Assembly (NCBI GenBank): GCA_052426225.1
Contig: JBNJNM010000006.1
Coordinates: 124,001-188,000, forward strand
Reading direction: 5' to 3'
From: Zancudomyces culisetae HAW-14-8
Taxonomy: Eukaryota; Fungi; Kickxellomycota
DNA length: 64,000 nucleotides
Shown: piece by piece, positions 47,601-57,804 of the stretch
How the letters are laid out: the number at the start of each line of letters is the position of its first letter
Position numbering within the stretch: the stretch's first letter is position 1
Notes under the pieces: model-generated
The model's input: only the letters and a program-made list of their open reading frames with translations
What the model was told of the DNA's origin: nothing
Database searches by the model: none
Program-made: the position numbers and the translations under genes

Positions 47601-47802
47601 CTTGCTTACATTTTAAAACTGCATATTGCCAATTTTCGGATATAACTAATTAATGAGAATAAATTAAGGCACTCATTAAAACATCTATTGCTTATCCAAT
47701 ACCAAATACCAATCATTGCTTCATTTACTAAGAGTGTTCGTACACAAGTTTAGCAAGATTCAAGATAAAGTAATGAGAGAGCGTAGGGTCCACTAAAAAT
47801 GG

Positions 47803-47810
47803 TATATAAA
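47803..47810 (+). promoter_or_regulatory. TATA box of paralog B
   Basis: TATATAAA 105 bp upstream of the ATG; marks the left limit of A/B homology. Confidence 0.7.
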
Positions 47811-47907
47811 AGGTGCCGAAAAGACCCACTTTGTTTCAACAACTCGTCTTTACAAAAACCCACTCCTTATTTCCTTTATAGTACTCGTTAAGAAAAACTA
47901 ACTTATA

Positions 47908-50547
47908 ATGAAGATAAGCACATTATACGGTGCCTTATACACCACACTCCTTACTACTTCAGTATTGGCTGGAGAAGTACAGGGAAAAAGAGCAGTTCGT
48001 GACATTGAAAACCTCCACAAGAGAGAAGCAGCCAGGCTATTGCGCAGACAGGCCGCTGTACAAACTATAACCATTCCTGGCTTTACTGCAGATGATATGA
48101 CAATTACTGGTACTACAATTCCTGAGTCCACCAGCTTTGGAACTACAATCCCTGAATCCACCAGTTTCGGAACTACAATTCCAGAATCCACTAGCTCCGG
48201 AACTACAATTCCAGAATCCACTAGCTTCGGAACTACAATTCCAGAATCCACTAGTTTCGGAACTACAATTCCAGAATCCACTAGTTTCGGAACTACAGTA
48301 GCTGACACTACAATCCCCGGGCTTACAATCAATGATTTCATAGTCCCTGGAACCACATTTGAAAGCATCGTGATTGATGCAATTACTGTTGATCCTATTA
48401 CAGTTCCTGGAACTACCATTGCCCCAAGAACAGTTTTGGGAATAGCCATACCTGGAATTACATTTGCTGGAACTGTAATACCAGGAACTGTATTGGGTCC
48501 ATTTACAACAGCTGGAGTGACTATTGATGGAACTACCATTTCAGGAACTACTATTACTGAAAGGGTGATATCTGGAACTACAATTGATGACGTGATAGTA
48601 CCTGGAACTACAATTGATGACGTGATAGTACCTGGAACTACGGTTGATGATGTGATAGTACCTGGAACTACGGTTGATGATGTGATAGTACCTGGAACTA
48701 CAGTTGATGATGTGATAGTACCTGGAACTACGGTTGATGATGTGATAGTACCTGGAACTACGGTTGATGATGTGATAGTACCTGGAACCACAATTGCTCC
48801 AAGCACATACACAGTGACTGGCCCAACTACAATTCCAGGTTTGACAATCCCAGGTGTAGTGACAATCGACGGCTTTACATCTACAGATTCTTCAGTACCA
48901 ACCACACCTTCAGGCTTGACTTTAGGTCAATTCTTGGCTGCGTTGAATCGTCTTGGAGTACCAGGAGTACCATCTTTGGACGAACTCAGCGCTATACTTG
49001 GTGTTTCTCTATCAGCTGATATGTCAATTGCTGATTTCTTGAATGTACTTGCTCAATTGGGTTTGGATTTGATTCCAGATGAAATTCTTGAATGGCTCCA
49101 AAATCCAGGTGCTCATCTACGTGAATTGATTGAATTTATCATTGAATGGCTTAGAAGAATACGCGATCACCACAGACCAACTACGACACCTACACAAACC
49201 TCAGCAGAAACCTCAACAGAAACTTCAGCAGAAACCTCAACAGAAACTTCAGCAGAAACCTCAACAGAAACCTCAGCAGAAAGCTCAGCAGAAAGCTCAG
49301 CAGAAACCTCAGCAGAAACCACAGGCTACCCAACTGTTGCCCCAACCACAGGCTACCCAACTGTTGCCCCAACCACAGGCTACCCAACTGTTGCCCCAAC
49401 CACAGGCTACCCAACTGTTGCTCCAACCACCGGATACCCAACTGTTGCCCCAACCACAGGCTACCCAACTGTTGCCCCAACAACAGGCTACCCAACTGTT
49501 GCTCCAACCACAGGCTACCCAACTGTCGCTCCAACCACCGGATACCCAACTGTTGCTCCAACCACAGGCTACCCAACTGTCGCTCCAACCACCGGATACC
49601 CAACTGTTGCCCCAACCACAGGCTACCCAACTGTCGCTCCAACAACTGGCTATCCAACTGTCGCTCCAACCACTGGCTACCCAACTGTCGCTCCAACAAC
49701 TGGCTACCCAACTGTCGCTCCAACAACTGGCTACCCAACTGTCGCTCCAACCACCGGATACCCAACTGTTGCACCAACCTACATTAGCAACCCAATCACC
49801 ACCTATATTCCATGTGTCCCAACCACTACCACATCAACTGCATATCCAACTGCCCCAACTACCATCACCACCACTGTTACAGTTCCAGGATGCCACTACT
49901 GCACTGTTGTGACAACCATCACTGTTACTCCAAACACCACAGGAACCCCAGGTTGTGAAACTGAACCAGTAACCGTAACTGTTACTCCAAGCACCCCAGG
50001 ATGTACTTACTGTACCGTTCCAAGCACCATTACCTACACACCTAGCCCAACAACTGCAACTGTGACTGTGTACCCTACCGCACCAACCACCATTACAATC
50101 ACCCCAAGCACTCCAGGATGTACTTACTGCACTGTACCAACCACCATTACTTATACTCCAGTCCCAACTACAACCACCTACACTTCTGGCCCAACAGTAG
50201 TAACCACAACAGTATATCCTACCACATCAATCACAATCACTGTCTACCCACCAGCACCACCAACCGTTGCACCAACCACTGGATATCCAACTGTTGCATC
50301 AACCCCAGCACCAGAATGTGTCTGTCCAGTTGCCCCCAAGCCAACAAACTGCGTTCCAGTTACTCAATACCTAGCAACGGTTACTGTAACTCCAACCGTC
50401 ACAGTCACAGCCACAGCCAGCTGTGAAGTAGTGACATACTACCCAACTGCCAAGACAACAACCACCACTACTACCTCATCTGAAGATACTGAGATTTGTG
50501 TCACAGAGGCTGTAACATCCACAGTTGTTGTGACTGCAGCATACTAA
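47908..50547 (+). CDS. Secreted Thr-rich tandem-repeat protein, paralog B, 879 aa
   Basis: Same leader and C-terminus as A; 10-aa GTTIPESTSF and DVIVPGTTVD repeats, a ~90-aa helical insert, SAET/STET repeats, 17 x TTGYPTVAP. Confidence 0.92.
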   Translation: MKISTLYGALYTTLLTTSVLAGEVQGKRAVRDIENLHKREAARLLRRQAAVQTITIPGFTADDMTITGTTIPESTSFGTTIPESTSFGTTIPESTSSGTTIPESTSFGTTIPESTSFGTTIPESTSFGTTVADTTIPGLTINDFIVPGTTFESIVIDAITVDPITVPGTTIAPRTVLGIAIPGITFAGTVIPGTVLGPFTTAGVTIDGTTISGTTITERVISGTTIDDVIVPGTTIDDVIVPGTTVDDVIVPGTTVDDVIVPGTTVDDVIVPGTTVDDVIVPGTTVDDVIVPGTTIAPSTYTVTGPTTIPGLTIPGVVTIDGFTSTDSSVPTTPSGLTLGQFLAALNRLGVPGVPSLDELSAILGVSLSADMSIADFLNVLAQLGLDLIPDEILEWLQNPGAHLRELIEFIIEWLRRIRDHHRPTTTPTQTSAETSTETSAETSTETSAETSTETSAESSAESSAETSAETTGYPTVAPTTGYPTVAPTTGYPTVAPTTGYPTVAPTTGYPTVAPTTGYPTVAPTTGYPTVAPTTGYPTVAPTTGYPTVAPTTGYPTVAPTTGYPTVAPTTGYPTVAPTTGYPTVAPTTGYPTVAPTTGYPTVAPTTGYPTVAPTTGYPTVAPTYISNPITTYIPCVPTTTTSTAYPTAPTTITTTVTVPGCHYCTVVTTITVTPNTTGTPGCETEPVTVTVTPSTPGCTYCTVPSTITYTPSPTTATVTVYPTAPTTITITPSTPGCTYCTVPTTITYTPVPTTTTYTSGPTVVTTTVYPTTSITITVYPPAPPTVAPTTGYPTVASTPAPECVCPVAPKPTNCVPVTQYLATVTVTPTVTVTATASCEVVTYYPTAKTTTTTTTSSEDTEICVTEAVTSTVVVTAAY

Positions 50548-50809
50548 CTACTAAATTGATACACCTGGTCCTAGCTACATGATTCTATCCAATTAATATA
50601 TCTAATTTTTTTGATAGCTATTGGTTTGTTTTTTTGATTGTAGTTGAGGTAAATAAATACATTTATTTCTGGGATATGAGGCTAATAGCAAGTTTATTGG
50701 AACAATCCATGAAGACTATATCTTTACATTTGATCACGGATACCAGGGTGAACTCAATAAGTTTAATTATCATTAGAGTATTCAGTAATGGGACTATTTT
50801 GTGATTTCC

Positions 50810-51080
50810 AGACATAATTGACAATGCAATGCGAACGATGATGAGAGCGGGTAAACCTGTGCATTGAATAGGTTGCGAAATGAACTTGGAATTCCCACAG
50901 TAAATCTAAAAGCTAGTGCGGCACGGGAAAGAGCAATTCTGAAATGGCTGACACTGAAAACATGGATTGCAGATTTAATTTTAAACTCAATGTCAAACAG
51001 ATCCAACACTTGGGTTACGGGGACGAAAAAATGGATGAAAAAATATATTGGATCGGAGAAGGATAAAACAGCGAGAAGCG
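50810..51080 (+). mobile_element. Fragment resembling the post-RT part of a non-LTR retrotransposon ORF2
   Basis: LNRLRNELGIPTV...ARERAILKW..LKTWIADLI...TWVTGTKKW resembles C-terminal LINE ORF2 segments of early-diverging fungi (recognised from memory, not searched). Confidence 0.55.
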
Positions 51081-51614
51081 TACTATTAGAAAAGGCTTTT
51101 TTTGGAGCTTATTCATTTTTAAAAAATAATAGTATACCAAATTTATCTTTTGATATACAACTATAGTACTTCATTTTTTAAAAATTGAAAAATATAGCGA
51201 TATCGACTATTGACAGCGACTAAAATCACACAACATCTTAAATAAAATATTACCTTTAAAACAAGCCTAAAAACATTAAAAACCATAAGAAAAAAAAAGA
51301 TATATAGCAATAAGAAAACATAAGAAAAAACATAAAAAGATAACAAAAAGATAACAAAAAAAGTTTTAAAAAACCCAAAAAACATAGTAAAAAGTACCCA
51401 AAAGGTCATAAAAAACTCATAAAAAACACGTCTAAACCGAGATTAGTACTGATCTCGACACATTTAGTCCAACTGAACATAAATCTAAACCTAAATCTAC
51501 TAAATTTAACTCTCTCTCTCTTAACTTTGAAAAAAACATTTTTCTTGAATCAACCAATCAAATTGCAGCTTTTTTAAAGATAAGAACACAGTTTTTTAAC
51601 CAGCAAAACCAACG

Positions 51615-53258
51615 ATGATGGAGGGGGTAGAAAACGACAATGACGGTAAATCCGGTACTGGAGGAGCCAAAAAACGTCAACGCACAAGTTTCCGTGATGC
51701 GGTAACAAGACAAGGAGATGGAATCGGGATGGACAACTCGAATCAAACAGCCACATTCTCATTTGGAGCAAGGCGCAAGCAGCCACAAAACGTTCCTATG
51801 TTTAATGACCCGAAACAGTATGTGGAAAAATCAATCTTCCACTACAGTACTGGAAAGGAAGAAAAACAAGTCAGAAGACTGACAATGAGGGGCTCAGATT
51901 CGACTATTGGAATACAATGGTCGCAAGTCGGAAAAAATTACAACTTAGGTATGCACACAGTCATACAACGCCTAGGCATATATGAGAACACAATAGATCA
52001 CGATAATGCAAACCGTACTTCGTATTGGATCTTTGAGTCTCCTGAAGTAGCTAATGAGGTTTACGAACGGATACTCATGTTCGACGGGAAAAGAGTTGAA
52101 TTTTTTAAGACGGTCAAGTACAAGGAGTCTGTAACGATCATTAATGTCCCAAACTTCTCAGGGGCAGGATTCGCCAAGGACTGCGCCAAAGAAATTATGA
52201 GTGAATTGTCCAAGTATGGAAAAGTACTTGACGCTACAGGAATGTTTGTAAGGGGATCCAAGTCTATGATCCCATACAAAATGAAGATACTCTTGGAAAA
52301 TAAGAAGGAGAATGAGAATGAGATCAAGATTCCGAGCACACTGGAAATAAACGGAATCAAAGTAGCAATGTTCTGGAAGGGCTGCGACCCAATGTGTACC
52401 TACTGTAAAGGGCAAGGTCACTGGAAGAACGACTGTCCCGAGCTTGAAAGAAAAGTGGAGGAGCAAATAATTGCCAGACACGAGAGGAAAGCAAAGAAGC
52501 AGGCGATGAAGGAGTTTACAGCTAGAGTAAAAGCAAAACTTGGACCAGTGAAGGCGGTACAAGTACAGACACCTAGATTGGATCCTGGAATGAACCAACA
52601 AAAGGATATGAGCGTACAGCAAGAGGCTAGAATGATGCCACAGAGTGAACATACGGCCTCGAACACAGTAGGGACAAACCCACAACAGGCCAAAGGAAAA
52701 GGCTTGAAGCTTACTACGATGACCAGTAGTAGTTTTAATAGTGTTAGTAGCGTTGGTAGCTTTAATAATACTAAACAAACTGGTTCAAATAAAACTATTA
52801 TATCAGAAGAACTATCTTTTGTAGAACAAATTAGCAGAGAGGAGTACGAAAAGAGAAAGGCAAAGGGACAATACTACACCTCTAAAACAAAGATAGTATA
52901 CCCTAACTTACCTACTGAAAAACGAGTAGCACCACAAAATATTACACCAGATCACGTGATCACTGCGCCAGCTCAGTCAGATTCGAGATTCGAATTTCGA
53001 AATGAGGAGGGTGCGATAAACGCTGATTCGTTTACAGGGGTTAGAAAACCCCAAACCCGACACCCTAAGGTAATCGACTCAGACCCATCGAGCGAGGGTG
53101 TGCAGATGGACGAAGATTCAGAATCCGAAATGAGTTGGGAAAAAAGTGGCCAGGTGGGGATTCGAACCCAGGACCACACTCAGGGCGAATTTCAGGATGC
53201 ACTGAGTCATGGCGCTGAGTCTAGCGACAATGAGGAAGGTAAAATTAGGGAAGACTAA
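51615..53258 (+). CDS. LINE-like ORF1 (gag-like) protein with zinc knuckle
   Basis: LSKYGKV...IPSTLEING...FWKGCDPMCTYCKGQGHWKNDC; A-rich leader; degenerate second copy at 20.3-22 kb. The downstream ORF (53209-) is cut by the LTR at 53543. Confidence 0.8.
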   Translation: MMEGVENDNDGKSGTGGAKKRQRTSFRDAVTRQGDGIGMDNSNQTATFSFGARRKQPQNVPMFNDPKQYVEKSIFHYSTGKEEKQVRRLTMRGSDSTIGIQWSQVGKNYNLGMHTVIQRLGIYENTIDHDNANRTSYWIFESPEVANEVYERILMFDGKRVEFFKTVKYKESVTIINVPNFSGAGFAKDCAKEIMSELSKYGKVLDATGMFVRGSKSMIPYKMKILLENKKENENEIKIPSTLEINGIKVAMFWKGCDPMCTYCKGQGHWKNDCPELERKVEEQIIARHERKAKKQAMKEFTARVKAKLGPVKAVQVQTPRLDPGMNQQKDMSVQQEARMMPQSEHTASNTVGTNPQQAKGKGLKLTTMTSSSFNSVSSVGSFNNTKQTGSNKTIISEELSFVEQISREEYEKRKAKGQYYTSKTKIVYPNLPTEKRVAPQNITPDHVITAPAQSDSRFEFRNEEGAINADSFTGVRKPQTRHPKVIDSDPSSEGVQMDEDSESEMSWEKSGQVGIRTQDHTQGEFQDALSHGAESSDNEEGKIRED

Positions 53259-56200
53259 TCACCAAATCTCGACTCAGCGGGGACCAAATGTGTCAGAAAT
53301 GACCACTTGGGGACCCCAAAAATTACCATTAATACACGCAGAAATGATCAATAAGGACATTGGACAACAGGAAAAAAGGGATAACAGGAGACAAAAACTC
53401 CTGTTATGGAACATTGATGAGCTCAAAACGAGCTCAGTAAAGCAAGCAATAATGTATCAAGTGGGAATCGATCCTGATACCTTCCGAATAAAAAGGATTA
53501 GACAGTACAACAAGCGATATAGGTACGAAATAACAAACAGAATGTTGTATAATTAAATTTTACTTATAATTATTTATATTTTTCTTATTTATATAGGTAT
53601 AATATGTATCGTATAATTATTGTTATATATTATAAACTTAGTTGAAACTATTATAAACTTAATATAAACATCTGTAGTTGATCATAACTATTTATTTACT
53701 ACTATAAAGCTTGTATGATAGAATGATATTTATTTCCTTATGCAATAACTAACCCTTTAAATACTTTTCCTAGTATTATAAACATACTAATAACTAACTA
53801 TTGAACTAATACTAACTAAATAAACTAATACTGAAACAATTTAATTGAGTAATAAACTAATACTCTTAGAAAAAACATCAATGAATCAGTTTCATTGAAT
53901 ACTAAAAAAACTAAAACTAAAAGTATATTATTAATTTAATTATTTCACTTGATGATAAACATATAATATTAGTTTATCACCAAGGTTTCATGTCACTATA
54001 TGACAGTACCCTCCTCTTTAAGCGTGGATGCCCTCATCCTGCGCTTTTTGCCTGAATCTGCGTAGTTTGGATTTTAAAGTGGTCGTAACTTCTGGTATCA
54101 TATATGTACTCGTATTATATTGCTTTAATATATCGCCGTGTACTAAGTCTCTGTTACCGAACTGATCGCTGATTATGTAAGTTCCTTTATCTAATCTGTT
54201 TTCTACTTTATAAGGTCCCTCCCAAACTTTTTCTAGCTTAGCCTGTTCATACTCTATCAACTTCAAAACAAAATCTCCAATTTTAAAATTATATATCTCT
54301 ACTTTACGATTATACCTTACTTCATCGTACTTTTTAGCCTTTACGGAGCCTTTTATTCCTAATTCTCTTATCTGTGGTAAACCCTCTTTTATTAGTTGAA
54401 TTCTGTTTTTAAATTTCTATTCTTCATTTTCGTTTGTACCGTTAGGTTTCCATGTTGATGGTATTTCCATTTGTATTCCATATAGCATTTCTGCAGGCGA
54501 GTATCCCGTTGATTTATTTTTCATTGTTTTTAATACTAACATGGTTTTCCATAAATGTGAATCCCAATTGCTTTTATCCAACATACACTGTTTTTGTAAT
54601 ATATTTACCACTGTCCTATTGAGTCTCTCTACTTGACCATTACTCTGTGGACGGTAAGGTGTTGTAGGAGCATGTCTTAATCCTAACCAATTGTAAACTT
54701 CTGTTGTCGCATCGCTAATAAATCCTGGTCCCCTGTCCGTTATAATTCTTTGAGGTACTCCATATTCAGTTATAATATAGTTGATTAAGAAGTCGATAAT
54801 TGTTTCGCTTTGAATGTTTTTTACCGGAACTGCAATCGGCCATTTAGTACAGTAATCGATTGCCGTAAGAATAACTCGGTTTCCTGATGTCGTTTCTGGA
54901 GTTAAAGGTCCGATAGCATCCATTCCAATTATTTCGAATGGTTTTCTTGCAATGATTGGTACAAGTGGAAACTTTTTCGTTCTACCATCTTTATATAGCT
55001 GACAGATGTGGCAGCACTTCACTATCTCATAAACATCTTTATATAAATTATGTCCACAGTATATTGCACTTACTCTGTTCCACGTATTTTCAATGCCTTC
55101 GTGTGCAGCATTGTGGATTTCATTTACAACATCTTTAACATTTTGCTCATGTAATACTTCCTTTAAAATATTTTTTACTCTTTTAAATAACTTTCCGTTT
55201 TTTAAACGATATTGGCGCGATTTGTTTCTTATTTTTTTTTTGTATTGTTCGCTACTATTACTAGGATAAGATAAATCCGCTAAATATTGTCTAACTGCAT
55301 CGTATTCAACATATTCCATCGCAAACACATCCAGTTCGTTGTTATTCTCGTGCACATTATCTACTAATCTTGATAATCCATCTGCGGGATTAAACTTACC
55401 AGGAAGGTGTTCTATTTCGAAATCATAATTTCTTAAAATCATCGCCCATCTAGCGATCCTACCTGTTATTTCTGGTCCATTAAAAATTTGTATCAATGAT
55501 TTGTGATCTGTTCTGATTTTAAATTTTCTTCCCCAAACATAATACTTGAATTTTTTCACAGCCCATACCACGGCAAGAGCTTCTAAATGTGATATTGAAT
55601 AATTTTTTTCTGCACTGTTAGTTGTTCTGCTAGCGAATTCAATAACCACTTCAGATCCCTTTTCTCCCTGTGATAAAACCGCACCAATTCCTAATATAGA
55701 AGCATCCGTTGTTATAACAAATTCTTTTTGCCAGTCGGGGTGTCCTAATATCGGAGCTGTTGTAAGTAGTTCTTTTAAATCTTCTACTGCTTTATCCTGC
55801 TTTTCTCCCCAATCCCATTTCTCGTTCTTTTTTAATAACTTTGTGATAGGGCTCGCAACTTTTGCGTAATTGGGTATATATCTTCTATAGTATCCTGTTA
55901 ACCCTAACAGTGATTGTATTTCTTTAATTGACTTTGGTGTTTTCACATTTTGAATTGCTTCGATCTTTTTTGGACTCGTACCTATTCCTTTATCCGATAT
56001 CGTATGTCCTAAGTACTCGATTTCCCTATGTCTTATACTGCATTTGTTTTTATGTAATTGAATTTTATGAATTTTTAATAAATTTAATACATCTTTTAAA
56101 TCTTCAGCATGATCTTCTTCTGTACGTGAATATACTATAATATCATCAATAAATACTACCGCCTTTTTCCATAAAACTGGTTTCAACACCATCTCCATTG

Positions 56201-57716
56201 TTCTCTGAAAGGTAGCCGGACTATTCGTTAAACCGAAAGGCATAACGTTATAGCGATAACTACCGCTTCCTGGAAGTGCAAACGTAGTTTTATCCTTGTC
56301 GTGTTCACTCATGCGTATTTGCCAGAACCCGCTTAACGCATCAAGTGAACTAAATATTGCTGATCCAGATAGTGCCATAAACAGATCTTGTATCCTGGTA
56401 AGGGATAGCAGTCCTTTTTTGTTATTTTGTTTAGTTGTCTGTAATCTGCGCATACTCTTAATTTTCCATCTTTTTTGTGTACAATAACTACCGGTGAGCA
56501 CCACTCGGCATTACTAGGTTCGATTATTCCTTGTTGCAACATTTTCTGTAACTCGACTTCGACATTTTCCTGCATCTGTACGGAATCCGGTATGGTCTTA
56601 ATTTGATAGGTGTATTTTCAGTCACCTCTATTCTGTGTTCAGATACATTCGTTTGTTGTAACTCAGAAATATCCTCTACAAAAAGTTCGTTATATTCTTC
56701 AAGTACTTTTTGTATACTCGTATTTTGTATTTCGTTTATTCCTTTTGGCTTTTCTTTAATCATTAAATATATTTCAGACTCTAGTTCAATAGATATATTT
56801 GATGTAACAAGCCTGGTGATGACTTCAACATTTTCGATTGGGAATCTTATCTCAGGTATTCTTAAGTTTATAGATGCTTTATGCTGTATTAACCAATCTG
56901 TACCTAATATCAGAGTACCATCATTTTTGTTCATAACTATTAGATTAGCAGGAAATATGTAAGAAGCAATCTTAACAGGTATCTTGTTAACTTTTCCCAA
57001 TGCTGCATGTCTTTTACCATCAGCGGTAACTATAACTTGGTTGATATTTTCATCAACATTCAATCCCCAATCTTCAACCATACTACTAGATACTACTGAG
57101 CACGCTGCTCCTGTATCTACAACTGCTAATATATTTTGACCAAATATTTGTACTTGAGCTTTACAGTTTGTTACTTTTTTAGGTTGAAGTTGTATTTCAT
57201 TTATCTCAGCTGTATTAGATTTATCACATATACTAACTGTTATGAATACACATGTATCATAACAATATTGTATATTTATTACAATATGGTATTAACTAAT
57301 ATTAATGATATTAAATGTGTATCATTAATATTAATTAATTATTAGTTTATATTATTTAATTATTATTTAATAATTAGTTTAAAACATTAATATTGATACT
57401 ATGATCAATAATAAATGTATTATCATTAATATTATGTATATTAATGAAATAAGTTTATTATTTATAAATATTTATCATAATATTAGTTTTAGTTTTATAT
57501 TACGTTTTATTATAAACTTAGTTGTATAAAAGGGTATACATTTTCCTGTGATGAAAAACTAAGTTTAACAATCTCGTTATTACTAATAAAGTTATATTAG
57601 TTATATTTAATTATTACTGTGTGTTTTCATAAACATATAATAAATGCTTTCAAAAACTTACTGTGTGATAGTTTGTTAATACCATTACTATTGTGTATAA
57701 TATTGGTATCTAACAT

Positions 57717-57728
57717 ATTGTTAAACTT
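57717..57728 (+). promoter_or_regulatory. Self-priming PBS complementary to LTR 57561-57572
   Basis: ATTGTTAAACTT is the exact reverse complement of AAGTTTAACAAT, which lies about 30 nt downstream of TATAAAA (57525). Confidence 0.85.
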
Positions 57729-57804
57729 CTAAAATTTATTACGAATAATTAATTTCATAAAAGTTTCTCAATTAGTCTAAACATAGCTATAAACGTTAAT
57801 TATA

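Noticed and set aside
44700-47800. Short ORFs between paralogs A and B
   Set aside because: Non-ATG or very short, AT-rich and without motifs; treated as intergenic.
41052-49912. Long antisense and alternative-frame ORFs over the repeat proteins (41052-42092, 47898-48905, 49130-49912 and others)
   Set aside because: Expected shadows of stop-free tandem repeats.
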